A stretch of 64,000 bases of DNA, taken from the IMG/VR virus record IMGVR_UViG_3300006151_000007, positions 1 through 64,000 of that record; one strand, 5' to 3'. The notes under the pieces were generated by a model, which did no database searches, was not told where the DNA came from, and was given only the letters and a program-made list of their open reading frames with translations. This document shows positions 18,783 through 28,994 of the stretch, piece by piece. The first letter of the stretch is position 1; each line of letters starts with the position of its first letter. This DNA comes from a virus (Duplodnaviria > Caudoviricetes). Both the position numbers and the translations under genes were made by a program.

Positions 18783-19484
18783 ATGGCTCAAACGACCAGC
18801 GCATCATGGAAAGCGCTATGGCGCACGCCGGGGACGGAGCGGGAGTACCGGTTCGAGATCGCGGGGAAGGTGTACGGGCCGGACGTGGAGGTCACGCATT
18901 CGGTGGACAGCGGGCTGTATGAGCAGTTCGGCATCGGGAACGCGGCCACGGCGAAGCTGACGATATCGCTTTTCGCGGACAGCATCCCGCGCGCGGCCAC
19001 CATCAAGCGGTATATCCGCCTGCGCAACGGGGAGCGCGTCAGCGAATGGCTGCCCAAAGGCGTGTTCTTCGCCAACCGGCGCAGCGAAGAGGACGGGTAC
19101 TGGACCGTGGAAGCTTTCGACGCCATGCGGAAGGCCGAGCGGCCTTGGGAGCCGGACCAAAGCCTGAGCTTCCCGCTGTCCATGCCGGCCGCGGTGCGGG
19201 AGTTCGCCCGGCTGATGGGGGTGGAGGTGGATGAGCGTACACGGCTCGACCCGGCCTACACCATCGACTATCCGACCAGCGACCCTGACAGCGATACGGG
19301 CGACTACTACAGCATCCGGCAGGTGCTGCAATGGATCGCTGCCGCCCATGCGGGGAACTGGATCGTGACTGGGGAGGGGAAGCTGCTCCTGGTCCCGCTT
19401 CTGTCCTTCCCGGAGGAAACGAGCTACCTCGTCACCGAATACGGCTCGGCGATCACATTGGGGGGAGTGAGACTGCTTGTCTGA
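18783..19484 (+). CDS. Tail/baseplate protein
   Basis: Synteny; WLPKGVFF...WTVEAFDAM. Confidence 0.65.
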   Translation: MAQTTSASWKALWRTPGTEREYRFEIAGKVYGPDVEVTHSVDSGLYEQFGIGNAATAKLTISLFADSIPRAATIKRYIRLRNGERVSEWLPKGVFFANRRSEEDGYWTVEAFDAMRKAERPWEPDQSLSFPLSMPAAVREFARLMGVEVDERTRLDPAYTIDYPTSDPDSDTGDYYSIRQVLQWIAAAHAGNWIVTGEGKLLLVPLLSFPEETSYLVTEYGSAITLGGVRLLV

Positions 19485-21165
19485 TAAATTCTTCGTGGGC
19501 CTGGACCTGACCGGCATAGAGGACAACGGACTGCACGATCCGATCTCTCGGGTCACGCTGCTGCTGGACGACGAGAACAGCGTCACTGCCGGGGACGATA
19601 CAGGCGGGGAGCTGCTGGCGGACTGCCCATACGCCACACCGGCGATCGCGAACGCCATATTGGCCCAGGTGAAAGGCTATCAGTACCATATGTTCAGCGC
19701 AGACGACGCCGGCCTGGACCCGAGCGCGGAGCTGGGGGACGGCGTGACGGCGGGCGGCATATATTCCGTGATATCCAGGCTCAGCGACGATGGGAGCGGA
19801 TACCTGGGCGTGACAGCGCCTGGAAAGGCCGAGATGGAGGAGGAATATCCCACCAGCGGCCCGATGACGGTGGCCTTCGACCGTAAGATCGCCCAGACCC
19901 GCTCCAGCATCACCAAGACGGCAGAGCAGATCACGCTCATGGTGGAGGACCAGGTGGAGGGGCTGGAAGGGAAGCTGGAGCTGACCGCCAGCAGCCTGAG
20001 ATCGGAGATCGTGGACAAAACAGAGGGGCTGAGCTCCAAGATCGAACAGACCGCCAGCAGCCTGACGTCGCGGATCGATGCGACGAACGGGCGCGTGTCC
20101 TCCATCGAGCAATACGTGGACGGCATCACGCTATCGGTGTCGAACGGGTCCACCTCCAGCACCATCGCCTTGAAGTCCGGCAGCGCCACCATCGCCAGCC
20201 AGACGATCCGGATGGACGGGCTCGTGACCTTCACCGGGCTCCAGAGCGGCACCACCACCATCGACGGGGCGTGCATCAAGACCGGGCTCATCTCGGCAGA
20301 GCGATTGGAGCTGACCGGAGCGATCACATGGGGGGACCTCGCCTATGATGCGCAGGGCAAGGTCGTGGACGCGCAGGACGCGGCCAACTCCGCAAAGTCC
20401 ACAGCGGGCGCCGCTCTGTCTACCGCTCATACCGCGACCGCGATGGCCAGCGCAGCAGACACGACGGTACGCGGCTGGACGTATCAGGGCACGACCTACA
20501 TCGACGGGAACCAACTGATGACCGGGACCGTCAAGGCATCCACGCTCCAGGGCGGCTCGATCTATCTGCTGGACTATTATGGGAGCCATGCGGGTTCGAT
20601 GACGCTGTCCGGTGCGTCGTCAGCCGGATACGCCGTGGACATCGACAGCTATGGCGCGATGCGGCTCACGGCGCGGTATGGCGACGTATATATCTATTCC
20701 GAACAGTATGGCCACTATCTTTGGCTCAGCGATGACGGCGTTTACGTCAACAACACCTTCGCGTCCCGCAACGTGGCCTCGCTTGGGAACAGTACGTTCC
20801 CGTGGAACGACGTGTACGCCCACAACGCCACCATCCAGACTTCCGACCTGACGCGGAAAAAGGACGTGCGATATGGCCTGGAGGACTATGAGGCGCTGTT
20901 CGACGCGCTCAGGCCGATGAGCTTCGTTTTCATGGACGGGGAGAGCGGCCGGCGGCATCTCGGGATGGGGGCCCAGGACGTGGAGGAGGCGATGGACAGA
21001 GCGGGGCTATCCAGCCTGGATTTTGCCGGGTTCATCAAAACCGGGCGCTCGGACGGGGCCGGGAGCGATTACGCCCTTCGATACGGGGAGTTCATCCCAT
21101 TGTGCATCGAGCAGATACAACATCTGAAAGCCCGCGTGGCGGAGCTGGAAAGGAGGATGGCATGA
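19477..21165 (+). CDS. Tail spike/hub protein with C-terminal peptidase S74 chaperone domain
   Basis: IQTSDLTRKKDV...LRPMSF...HLGMGAQDVEE...ALRYGEFIP. Confidence 0.8.
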   Translation: MSDKFFVGLDLTGIEDNGLHDPISRVTLLLDDENSVTAGDDTGGELLADCPYATPAIANAILAQVKGYQYHMFSADDAGLDPSAELGDGVTAGGIYSVISRLSDDGSGYLGVTAPGKAEMEEEYPTSGPMTVAFDRKIAQTRSSITKTAEQITLMVEDQVEGLEGKLELTASSLRSEIVDKTEGLSSKIEQTASSLTSRIDATNGRVSSIEQYVDGITLSVSNGSTSSTIALKSGSATIASQTIRMDGLVTFTGLQSGTTTIDGACIKTGLISAERLELTGAITWGDLAYDAQGKVVDAQDAANSAKSTAGAALSTAHTATAMASAADTTVRGWTYQGTTYIDGNQLMTGTVKASTLQGGSIYLLDYYGSHAGSMTLSGASSAGYAVDIDSYGAMRLTARYGDVYIYSEQYGHYLWLSDDGVYVNNTFASRNVASLGNSTFPWNDVYAHNATIQTSDLTRKKDVRYGLEDYEALFDALRPMSFVFMDGESGRRHLGMGAQDVEEAMDRAGLSSLDFAGFIKTGRSDGAGSDYALRYGEFIPLCIEQIQHLKARVAELERRMA

Positions 21166-21323
21166 AAGAGCTGCGAAAAGAGCTGGACCAGGCGTACAGC
21201 CTGATCTCGTCTATCCCAGTCAACGGGGACGGCGTGGATATCATGGCCGCGGCCAGGGAGCACCTGCGCAAAGCGTACCGGATGGCCGGCGGACCCAAGG
21301 GCGAGGTGGCAGACGATGGCTGA
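21162..21323 (+). CDS. Small tail-associated protein
   Basis: AGGAGG RBS; overlapping start and stop codons. Confidence 0.55.
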   Translation: MKELRKELDQAYSLISSIPVNGDGVDIMAAAREHLRKAYRMAGGPKGEVADDG

Positions 21324-22017
21324 CAGGACCACCGGCGGCTTGAAGGCCGTATCGGAGACGGCGATAGGCGACCTGCCGGGGATACTGGACCTGTACGATG
21401 ATACGCTGATCCCTGTGGAGCAACAGGGGGAGGCGCGCCATATGAAAGGGTCTCAGTGGAAAAAATACGCCCAGGTAGGCGTGGAGGTCTACGTCTCCTC
21501 TGCCCGTGACGCCGCCGCACAAGCTACCGCTGCGGCCGGGGAAGCCAAGGGCCAGGCGCAAGCGGCCAGTGCGGCCAAGGATGCCGCGCAGGACGCCAGG
21601 GACGAAGCGCGGGAGGCCGTGAAAGCGGTAGAGGACATGACCGTGTCCGCAGACCAACTGCCGCCTGAGAGCGACCCTGTGGCCGAAAAAACGGCGGTGG
21701 GGAAGTCGTTCCACATCCACTTCGGGATCCCGGCGGGGAAGCAAGGCCCGGCCGGACCGCAGGGAGCACAGGGGGCCCAGGGCCCGGAAGGCGCACAGGG
21801 TCCGCAGGGAGCGGCGGGGCCTGTCGGACCGCAAGGACCGCAAGGCGTGCAGGGACCTGCAGGGCCTCCCGGGATCAACGGCGTGGCGGTCTCGGCGGCT
21901 GGGCAGTACGCGTTCAATGTGGATGAGGCGGGGCATCTGATCTTGAGCTACACGGACGGCGACGCGCCTGATTTTTCCATAGACAGCAGCGGGCATTTGA
22001 TCTTGAACATCGAATAA
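21316..22017 (+). CDS. Collagen-like tail fibre protein
   Basis: Gly-X-Y repeats [13 protein letters not shown]. Confidence 0.8.
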   Translation: MADRTTGGLKAVSETAIGDLPGILDLYDDTLIPVEQQGEARHMKGSQWKKYAQVGVEVYVSSARDAAAQATAAAGEAKGQAQAASAAKDAAQDARDEAREAVKAVEDMTVSADQLPPESDPVAEKTAVGKSFHIHFGIPAGKQGPAGPQGAQGAQGPEGAQGPQGAAGPVGPQGPQGVQGPAGPPGINGVAVSAAGQYAFNVDEAGHLILSYTDGDAPDFSIDSSGHLILNIE

Positions 22018-22030
22018 AGGGGGACACATC

Positions 22031-23629
22031 ATGCCACAGATCGATCTAGGGAACGTAGTAGGCCCGCAGGGGCCGCAGGGAGAGACCGGCCCGCAGGGGC
22101 CTGCCGGACCTGCCGGACCGCAGGGCGAACAGGGACCGAGGGGCCCGGAAGGACCTGCCGGCCCGCAGGGCCAGCAGGGCATCCAGGGGCCTCCAGGCGC
22201 TCCGGCGGTCGTGAACGGGTCGAACACGCTGACCATCGCCGCCGGGGAGAAAATAGAGCTGGCGCAGAGCGGGGACACGCTGACCATCGACTGTACCGCC
22301 AGCTCCCGGAACATCCTGATCAACTGGGACTTCCGTAAGCCGGTGAATCGGAACGGGAAGGAGGAGTACACAGGGGCCCTTAATGTGACGATCGATCGCT
22401 GGTCGCACAACGGGGGTACGGCGATCTTTTCCAATGGGTGCGCACGATGGGACGAGGACACGGTCATGTTCCAAAAAACGTCCAGCGATCTGGACTCTGA
22501 ACGGTACTATGTCTCGTATATGGACGCTGACGGTCGGGTGTTCGGAGGGCCGCTGCTCAAAAGATACTCCCTGTATGGAGACTATTGGTTCACGACCGAT
22601 GATGCGGGCATTTTCTACATGAAGCCCAAAGCCGATAGTCCGGCCATGGTGGCGGTCAAGGTCGAGCTCGGCGCCCGGCAGACTTTGGCCCACAAAGAGG
22701 GCGACAGGTGGGTCTTGAACGACCCGCTTGACTATGACCTCCAGTACGCCTTATGCAGCCAGTATAGCCAGATCACTGGAGCGCGGGTGGAAGATCGATA
22801 CATCAATGAGGACCTTTTTGATAACTCATATTTTCTGGACCCCATCAACCAGAGTGATAAAACAGAGTACACGGGCACAGGGTATGGGATCGACCGTTGG
22901 TACTGCTCTATGGTGCAGGTCACGGCGGAAGGGATAAGATCCATGGACCGGGGCGCCTATATCCAACAGAGACTGGATGGGCCGGTGAAGGACCTTTTGG
23001 CAGGGAGAGAGATCACGATATCCTGCATCGTGAACGGGGAGCTTTACTCTGGGACCGGGATCTATCAAGCGTCTCTTTCGGCACAGAAATATCTCTTTGT
23101 GGGCGAAGATATCCAGATCGTTCTCCTTACGGATGGTTCCATATTGTTTTGGTTCCCGGATGGGGGCAAGGCGATAAAGTCTGCCAAATTAGAGCTTGGC
23201 AAGCAGCAGACCCTGGCCCACAAGGAAGGGGACGTCTGGGTCCTGAACGAACTTCCCAACAAGATGGAAGAGCTTTTGAAATGCCAAAGGTACTATATAA
23301 GAGCAAGGATATCACGACCGCTGTGCTTTATCTTCGATGATGGCGGGACTTGTTCGGCCTGGGTCTCCTTGAAGCTGCCCGTAGCGATGAGACTGAACAG
23401 ACCGGCGGTCTCAAGGTTCACGATCAACAGTTGGATATCTCATCAAGGGCAGATCTACGACCCGATGGGGACGGGTGTCAAGTCAGTGGAGGTGATGACC
23501 GATGGGTCATGTGAAAAAGATGGGAACATCGCGTTCAAGTTTGCGCTGAACGACGATCTGGCTCATTATGCCGCAGGATCTTTAGGGTGTATCGCTTCCA
23601 TTTCACTGACGCTGAATGCGAACTTGTAA
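22031..23629 (+). CDS. Collagen-like tail fibre / receptor-binding protein with two tandem modules
   Basis: N-terminal G-X-Y repeats; two copies of EYTG...IDRW...[17 protein letters not shown]. Confidence 0.75.
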   Translation: MPQIDLGNVVGPQGPQGETGPQGPAGPAGPQGEQGPRGPEGPAGPQGQQGIQGPPGAPAVVNGSNTLTIAAGEKIELAQSGDTLTIDCTASSRNILINWDFRKPVNRNGKEEYTGALNVTIDRWSHNGGTAIFSNGCARWDEDTVMFQKTSSDLDSERYYVSYMDADGRVFGGPLLKRYSLYGDYWFTTDDAGIFYMKPKADSPAMVAVKVELGARQTLAHKEGDRWVLNDPLDYDLQYALCSQYSQITGARVEDRYINEDLFDNSYFLDPINQSDKTEYTGTGYGIDRWYCSMVQVTAEGIRSMDRGAYIQQRLDGPVKDLLAGREITISCIVNGELYSGTGIYQASLSAQKYLFVGEDIQIVLLTDGSILFWFPDGGKAIKSAKLELGKQQTLAHKEGDVWVLNELPNKMEELLKCQRYYIRARISRPLCFIFDDGGTCSAWVSLKLPVAMRLNRPAVSRFTINSWISHQGQIYDPMGTGVKSVEVMTDGSCEKDGNIAFKFALNDDLAHYAAGSLGCIASISLTLNANL

Positions 23630-23642
23630 GGAGGAGATCGAT

Positions 23643-24017
23643 ATGGACGAGTTGGAGATGGCTCCCATCATGGAGCCGTTCTGTAATAAACACTACATCA
23701 TCACCGACGCCCGAGGGCGCATCACGGACGGTTGGAGCAATGGGCCGTTCCCGGACCGGGACGCCACGGACGCCATCTGCATCGAGGAGCAGGGCGGCTA
23801 CCAGTTCCGGCTGTTCCCCGGCGGGGAGGAGAACCCGGCCTTGTACACGGAGGACGGCGTCCCGCTGTACCGCTGGGACGGGGAGACGGTGATCTCCCGG
23901 ACGGCGGAGGAGATCCAGGCGGACCTGGCGGCGATACCTGAGCCCCTTCCCAGCGAGCAGGAGCGGCTGCGGGCGGACGTCGATTTTCTGGCGGCTTTGC
24001 AGGGGGTGAGCCTGTGA
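23643..24017 (+). CDS. Fibre-associated hypothetical protein
   Basis: RBS present; ends ERLRADVDFLA before XkdX. Confidence 0.6.
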   Translation: MDELEMAPIMEPFCNKHYIITDARGRITDGWSNGPFPDRDATDAICIEEQGGYQFRLFPGGEENPALYTEDGVPLYRWDGETVISRTAEEIQADLAAIPEPLPSEQERLRADVDFLAALQGVSL

Positions 24018-24145
24018 GCGTATATGAGCTGGCCCAAAAGTACTACCCCAGGCTGTGGGACAAGTCCCGCCTGGGGGCGTTGGTAGAGGCCGGGAGGCTG
24101 ACGGCGGAGGAAATGGAGGAAATCATCTATCCAAAGGAGATATGA
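24014..24145 (+). CDS. XkdX-like protein
   Basis: MSVYELAQKYYPRLWDKSRLGALVEAGRLTAEEMEEII; read by eye. Confidence 0.7.
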   Translation: MSVYELAQKYYPRLWDKSRLGALVEAGRLTAEEMEEIIYPKEI

Positions 24146-24148
24146 TCT

Positions 24149-24472
24149 ATGTCTGAGAACTGCAACCCGAACGACTGCCCCGTGTCTGCCCGTGTGGACG
24201 CATTGGAGAAGGAGTTCGACCGCTATCGTGGCAACTCCTCCGAGACCCATCGCCTGATGTTCGACCGCATCGGGGCGTTGGAGCGGAGCGGGGCCGCGCT
24301 GGGGGAGAAACTGGACAGCATCGACGAGAAACTGGACGGCCTGGCGGAGACCGCCAAGGCCCTGACGGAGAAGCCCGCGAAACGGTGGGACGGGTTGGTG
24401 GATAAGCTGATCTATGCCGCCGCGCTGGCGGTCGTGGCTTGGATCGCCGCCGGTATGCCTGGGCTGGGCTGA
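24149..24472 (+). CDS. Coiled-coil protein with C-terminal TM (XhlA-like, lysis-associated)
   Basis: Coiled coil then LIYAAALAVVAWIAAG. Confidence 0.6.
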   Translation: MSENCNPNDCPVSARVDALEKEFDRYRGNSSETHRLMFDRIGALERSGAALGEKLDSIDEKLDGLAETAKALTEKPAKRWDGLVDKLIYAAALAVVAWIAAGMPGLG

Positions 24473-24486
24473 GAAAGGAGATACCT

Positions 24487-24690
24487 ATGATGAGTGAAAA
24501 GACGAAGAAGTGGCTGAGGGCGGCGGCTGTCCGGGCGGTCAAGACCATGGCGCAGACGGCGGTGGCCACCATCGGGGCGTCGGCGGTGCTCACCGCCGTG
24601 GACTGGCCCATGGTGGCGTCGGCGTCGGTGCTGGCTGGGGTGCTGTCCCTGCTCACCTCCCTGGCGGGCCTGCCGGAGGTGGAGGCATGA
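24487..24690 (+). CDS. Holin (Dp-1 family)
   Basis: RAVKTMAQTAVATIG...VDW...LSLLTSLAGLPEV. Confidence 0.85.
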   Translation: MMSEKTKKWLRAAAVRAVKTMAQTAVATIGASAVLTAVDWPMVASASVLAGVLSLLTSLAGLPEVEA

Positions 24691-25469
24691 ACCTGCTGGA
24701 ATGTCTGCTCACCGCCAACCGGTGCTACAAGACCGGGGCGAAGATCAGGCCCAAAGGCGTGATGGTGCACTCCACCGGGGCCAACAACCCGATGCTCCGG
24801 CGGTATGTCCAGCCGGTGGCCACCACGCCGGAGAAGGATGAGCTGCTGTGGCAGCTCGGGGTGAACCGCAACGGGAACCACTGGAACCGCCCGGGCCTGG
24901 ACGTGTGCGTCCACGCGTTCATCGGGAAGCTGGACGACGGCAGCGTAGCGGCGGTGCAGACGCTGCCGTGGGACCATCGAGGCTGGCACGCAGGGACCGG
25001 CACCAGCGGCAGGAGCGCCAACGACACCCACATCTCCTTCGAGATCTGCGAGGACGATCTGACCGACCCGGCCTATTTTGGTCAGGCGTACCAGACCGCC
25101 GTGGAGCTGACGGCTATGCTGTGCGCCCGCTACGGGCTGGACCCCATGGCGGACGGAGTGGTGATCTGCCACCAGGATGGCTACCGCCGGGGAGTGGCCT
25201 CCAACCACGGGGACGTGTACAACTGGTTCCCCAAACACGGAAAAACGATGGACGACTTCCGGGCCGAGGTGGTCTGGGCGATGAAAGGAGATAGAGCGGA
25301 CATGGTGTACTTCAAGACACTGGACGATGTGCCCGAATATTACCGCGCAGCGGTTGACAAAGCAGTGGACAGGGGAGCGCTCAACGGCACCGGCGGCGGA
25401 GAGCTGAACGTTTCCGAGGACCTGTGCAGGACCCTCACTGTGCTGGACCGGCTGGGGAAGCTGGATTGA
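24687..25469 (+). CDS. Endolysin, N-acetylmuramoyl-L-alanine amidase (Amidase_2)
   Basis: GVMVHSTG, VHAFIG, WHAG, ISFEICED and ICHQ...HGD. Confidence 0.9.
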   Translation: MNLLECLLTANRCYKTGAKIRPKGVMVHSTGANNPMLRRYVQPVATTPEKDELLWQLGVNRNGNHWNRPGLDVCVHAFIGKLDDGSVAAVQTLPWDHRGWHAGTGTSGRSANDTHISFEICEDDLTDPAYFGQAYQTAVELTAMLCARYGLDPMADGVVICHQDGYRRGVASNHGDVYNWFPKHGKTMDDFRAEVVWAMKGDRADMVYFKTLDDVPEYYRAAVDKAVDRGALNGTGGGELNVSEDLCRTLTVLDRLGKLD

Positions 25470-25516
25470 CGCACGGGCCACGATGTGGTAATATTTGAAA
25501 GAAAGGAGCGCAGGAT

Positions 25517-25852
25517 ATGGATAACAAGAAAGAGAATCTTCCCATCAAGTTGGAATACAGCGACGTGCAGACCGTCCCGCTGGCGCTGCATGAGATGCAC
25601 ATGGCAAGGCTGAACCGGCTGCTTCGGTGGCTGTGCGTGGCCTGGGCGCTGTCTATGGCTTTCGTGGTCTCGGCCTTCATATGGCTCTGGAACCAGTACG
25701 ACTACGAAAGCAGCACGGAGCTGTCGGGGGTCTATAACCTGGTCGATTCCCAAGGCAACGTGATCAGCTCCGACCTTTCCCCAGACGATGTCATCCGTAT
25801 CCTGGAAGAGCTGAACGATGGCAAGGATCAGGCGGTCCAAGACCAGAACTAA
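25517..25852 (+). CDS. Single-TM hypothetical protein
   Basis: AAGGAG RBS; one TM segment LCVAWALSMAFVVSAFIWLW. Confidence 0.7.
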   Translation: MDNKKENLPIKLEYSDVQTVPLALHEMHMARLNRLLRWLCVAWALSMAFVVSAFIWLWNQYDYESSTELSGVYNLVDSQGNVISSDLSPDDVIRILEELNDGKDQAVQDQN

Positions 25853-25857
25853 GAAAA

Positions 25858-26106
25858 ATGGGAAAAGCAAGGGTACGCGCGTGCATAAGTGACACCGGCC
25901 TCACCCGTTCAGAATGGGAGGCGGCGATCCAGGAGGCGGCCCTTGGGATAGAGGACACCCGCATCGCGGAGCTGTATCTTTTGGATGCGGTCCCGCAGGT
26001 CGATATCGGCGAAGAGCTTGGCTTGAGCCGCAGCGCCATATCCAAGCGGCTGTTGAAGATCGTCGATAGGATAGAGCGCACGGCCAGAAAACTGCATATG
26101 ATCTGA
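25858..26106 (+). CDS. Small HTH protein (sigma-70 region 4-like)
   Basis: VPQVDIGEELGLSRSAISKRL. Confidence 0.7.
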   Translation: MGKARVRACISDTGLTRSEWEAAIQEAALGIEDTRIAELYLLDAVPQVDIGEELGLSRSAISKRLLKIVDRIERTARKLHMI

Positions 26107-26112
26107 CTGGCG

Positions 26113-26146
26113 GAACGCCCCCTCCGAATGATCGGAGGGGGCGTTC
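26113..26146. terminator. Rho-independent terminator
   Basis: GAACGCCCCCTCCG-N6-CGGAGGGGGCGTTC perfect stem. Confidence 0.8.
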
Positions 26147-26313
26147 TATTGCGTATCTACTTGCTGGAGGAGTACATGAAAAGCCGTCTGGAAAACAAAT
26201 TTATCCGCGCTATTCTTGATGTAAACTGATAACCGGCCCCAGAGGGAGGAACAGCTTACCCTTTCCCTGTTCCTCCTGCCTGCGGGCTTTGTCCTGTATT
26301 TTGGAAGGGGGCG

Positions 26314-26496
26314 ATGTCTTTGCCGAAAGAGCAACCCGATAAAGCGACGTATGAAATTGAACTTCCACAAGCCATTATAGAAACCTTTGCCCGCTTTCTT
26401 GTCCCGGAGATACGGATATACTATGACAGCGAACAGGGTCAGCGGGAGTTTGCGGAGTGGCAGGAAACACAAGGGGAGGGAATCAGCGAGAATTAA
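26314..26496 (+). CDS. Small hypothetical protein
   Basis: GAAGGGG RBS; 60 aa. Confidence 0.5.
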   Translation: MSLPKEQPDKATYEIELPQAIIETFARFLVPEIRIYYDSEQGQREFAEWQETQGEGISEN

Positions 26497-26549
26497 AGCG
26501 ATATGCAAAAGCAGGGAACAAGTCACAAATCTTGGCCCCTGCTTTTGCC

Positions 26550-27068
26550 TTAGTGCAACTTGAAACCCAATTCGCGTATCATGTGGTAAAGATTTGCAAC
26601 TTCGACTTCAAATACTTTTGCTATATCAGGTATTTTTGCATTTTTACTTGGATACCTACTATTAAGTCCCTTGTTAGGAACTTCAAATGTAACTAAAGTA
26701 TAGTTATGTGCGGATGCTGTTGCAATGAGCCATGGGTCAGCAACGCTTCCTTTTGACCACTCTGTCAATGCAGATGGCGTATAACATGGATTTCTTTGAA
26801 TATATTGCAGGATAGCACTATACTTTTCCAAAATATTTGGTTGCCTATGATCTACATAAAGACCGATTTCAAGGGCATTCATCCACTCTTTCAGGCTATC
26901 GTTTCCCTGGAGGATTTCACTCCTTACTATATCCAAAATAGCTATTTTCCCATTCTTAATGGCCTGTTCCATCTGATTCCAAAATCCTGGAGCAAAATCA
27001 AATGGATAGTAAGTAAGATGTGGAGTTATCAATGAGTTTGAGTCAATCAAGAAAATGGCTTCACTCAT
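26550..27068 (-). CDS. DUF4411-family PIN-like protein
   Basis: FLIDSNSLI...YYPFDFAPGFW...ADPWLIA...VTFE...KIPDIA. Confidence 0.8.
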   Translation of the reverse strand: MSEAIFLIDSNSLITPHLTYYPFDFAPGFWNQMEQAIKNGKIAILDIVRSEILQGNDSLKEWMNALEIGLYVDHRQPNILEKYSAILQYIQRNPCYTPSALTEWSKGSVADPWLIATASAHNYTLVTFEVPNKGLNSRYPSKNAKIPDIAKVFEVEVANLYHMIRELGFKLH

Positions 27069-28240
27069 TTTGTTCCACCTCCTACACTACCAGCCAGATT
27101 AGCAAATGTAGAACGATTTGTATTTGTAAGCCGGTAAGCATCAGTATAGAGGGTTTTTCCTTCCTGTACGCTACCTACGAGCATGGAAAAAAAACGTTTG
27201 TCAATTCTACTTGCAGCAGTGCGATAAAAATCTCCACCACTTTCACCCTGTTCTTTCTTCCTTTTTCGGCTATCATTATAGAGCTTTACTGCCTGCTTTG
27301 CTATTTTTTGATAAAGCTGATAATCAATAAACCCGCTGTCATACGCTTTCCTTGCGATCACAGTAATGCCACACTTAAATTCACGCACAAGTATTTCAAT
27401 TGCCTGTTCAACATTATTTTCTTTGATCGTTAAATTCCAACTGTTTATAAATGTGGTTTGTGGCACCAATATTTCGGCTGCTACAGCATTACAAAGCGTT
27501 TCAGTTTTGTTAACCTTTTTCCCTGTGCTGTATCGATCATTAAATAAGCTATTCTCTCCTATACATATGTGAGAGAACTCATGCAACAAAGAGAAAAGCC
27601 TGCCATTTATAGAATCATTAGAATTAATAAAAATCAAGGGTGCATAAGCATCAATAACAGAAAAGGCCCTAAATTCTTCTACATCAAGTGGGCGATGAGT
27701 ATTATTACCCACGATTCCACTCATCATCACAATAACCCCTGCGTTGCTGATCGCAGTTCTTATTAGACTAAAAGATTCTTCGACAGTGCAAGTGTCCTTA
27801 TACCATTCATAGCTAATGTCTAACAAACTACGAACCTTTTGTGCAAACGTTTCAAAAGAAGATGTGCTTTTTAGCCCTCCAACAAAAGTCAAAGGACTAT
27901 TTGCTTCAGAAATTAAATACTCATGCATCCACGTCTGCACTTGATCCATATCATGCAATGTATCAATTAAATTCCGACTTGGATTTTTTAATTCTATGCT
28001 ATCGATTGTGCGGTACTCGACAATGGACAGCTCTTCTACTGGTGGAGTTTGCAAGAAAAAATACCCTAATGGTATACCTGTTGCTTTGCTCACTTTTTCA
28101 ACTTGATTAAAGGTAGGTTTTTTTTCGCCGTTTACCCACAAATTCAAATATTCTCTTATTTGATTTGGAAGTGCGTCAATTTTGATATGTGCAATAACCC
28201 AATCCAGTATCTCCATAGAAACATTGACAGGTACTTGCAT
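27065..28240 (-). CDS. HTH-fused ImmA/IrrE (COG2856) Zn metallopeptidase
   Basis: N-terminal HTH; FSLLHEFSHI (HExxH); ETLCNAVAAEILVP. Confidence 0.9.
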   Translation of the reverse strand: MQVPVNVSMEILDWVIAHIKIDALPNQIREYLNLWVNGEKKPTFNQVEKVSKATGIPLGYFFLQTPPVEELSIVEYRTIDSIELKNPSRNLIDTLHDMDQVQTWMHEYLISEANSPLTFVGGLKSTSSFETFAQKVRSLLDISYEWYKDTCTVEESFSLIRTAISNAGVIVMMSGIVGNNTHRPLDVEEFRAFSVIDAYAPLIFINSNDSINGRLFSLLHEFSHICIGENSLFNDRYSTGKKVNKTETLCNAVAAEILVPQTTFINSWNLTIKENNVEQAIEILVREFKCGITVIARKAYDSGFIDYQLYQKIAKQAVKLYNDSRKRKKEQGESGGDFYRTAASRIDKRFFSMLVGSVQEGKTLYTDAYRLTNTNRSTFANLAGSVGGGTK

Positions 28241-28311
28241 TATATTCTCACCTCCAAATTATTACTTTTCGGCACCATCTCTATGATAACAATATTTTAC
28301 TTTAATAATAG

Positions 28312-28345
28312 GCGGAGGTCAAGGCTTTTATACCTTGACCTCCGC
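28312..28345. promoter_or_regulatory. Inverted repeat overlapping the -35 box of the immA operon promoter
   Basis: GCGGAGGTCAAGG-N8-CCTTGACCTCCGC; minus strand reads TTGACC-17-TAAAAT. Confidence 0.6.
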
Positions 28346-28737
28346 TGTTCATTTTGACATCAGAGCCACACCAAGACGACAAAGCCGCCCTTAAAATAAT
28401 AGGTGTTCCTCCAATGTCCGCTTGCTGAAGACTGTCTTCTGTTCAGACGGACGATGCTGGGCATATTCGATTTTCATGGTAAACCTTCAGGAGCATAAAT
28501 CTGGGTGCGCCTATATTGCTATAAACTGTGATATTTGTCAACTAAAAAGGTAGAAATAAAAAAATATGCGCCAACGAGCAGCAAGGCGGGCCTAAGACTG
28601 CCCCGCCTTGCTCTGCACTAGACCAGGGGGGGCATAAGGTCACATGGGATTTTGGTCAGTCTGGCTCCCCAGGGGCATTATGGGAAAGAAAAATGATGAA
28701 GGGGGCTAAATAGCCAGAAAAAGTTTTTGAAAACCTC

Positions 28738-28766
28738 TTGACAGTGGGTTAAACCCATGCTATAAT
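28738..28766 (+). promoter_or_regulatory. Perfect-consensus sigmaA promoter with palindromic spacer
   Basis: TTGACA-17-TATAAT; spacer contains TGGGTTAAACCCA. Confidence 0.85.
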
Positions 28767-28797
28767 GGATACAACCTAAAGGAAAGGGGGGCGCAAA

Positions 28798-28950
28798 ATG
28801 GGGACCGAAGCTGAGAGGCAGGATACCAGAAAAGCGATGGCGTTTGATTTGTTTTCCATTATCGACAAAGACCCGGCGAAGGAGACCTACACAAAAGAAG
28901 AGATCAAAAAACTGATTTTTGTGTATGTTACCACAGCAGACCAGAAGTAA
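28798..28950 (+). CDS. 50-aa hypothetical protein
   Basis: G-rich RBS after the promoter; MGTEAERQDTRKAMAFDLF... Confidence 0.7.
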   Translation: MGTEAERQDTRKAMAFDLFSIIDKDPAKETYTKEEIKKLIFVYVTTADQK

Positions 28951-28994
28951 CAGGAACGGGGCCGGGGGACCGGCCCCGCCCAAGAGGTGAGGAC

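Noticed and set aside
21730-22200. GC-rich short repeats
   Set aside because: Explained by collagen Gly-X-Y coding
22031-23629. Diversity-generating retroelement target
   Set aside because: No reverse transcriptase or template/variable repeat pair differing at adenines in the window
28580-28615. Type I toxin-antitoxin locus at the AGCAAGGCGGG hairpin
   Set aside because: No hydrophobic small ORF is associated; most likely a plain terminator
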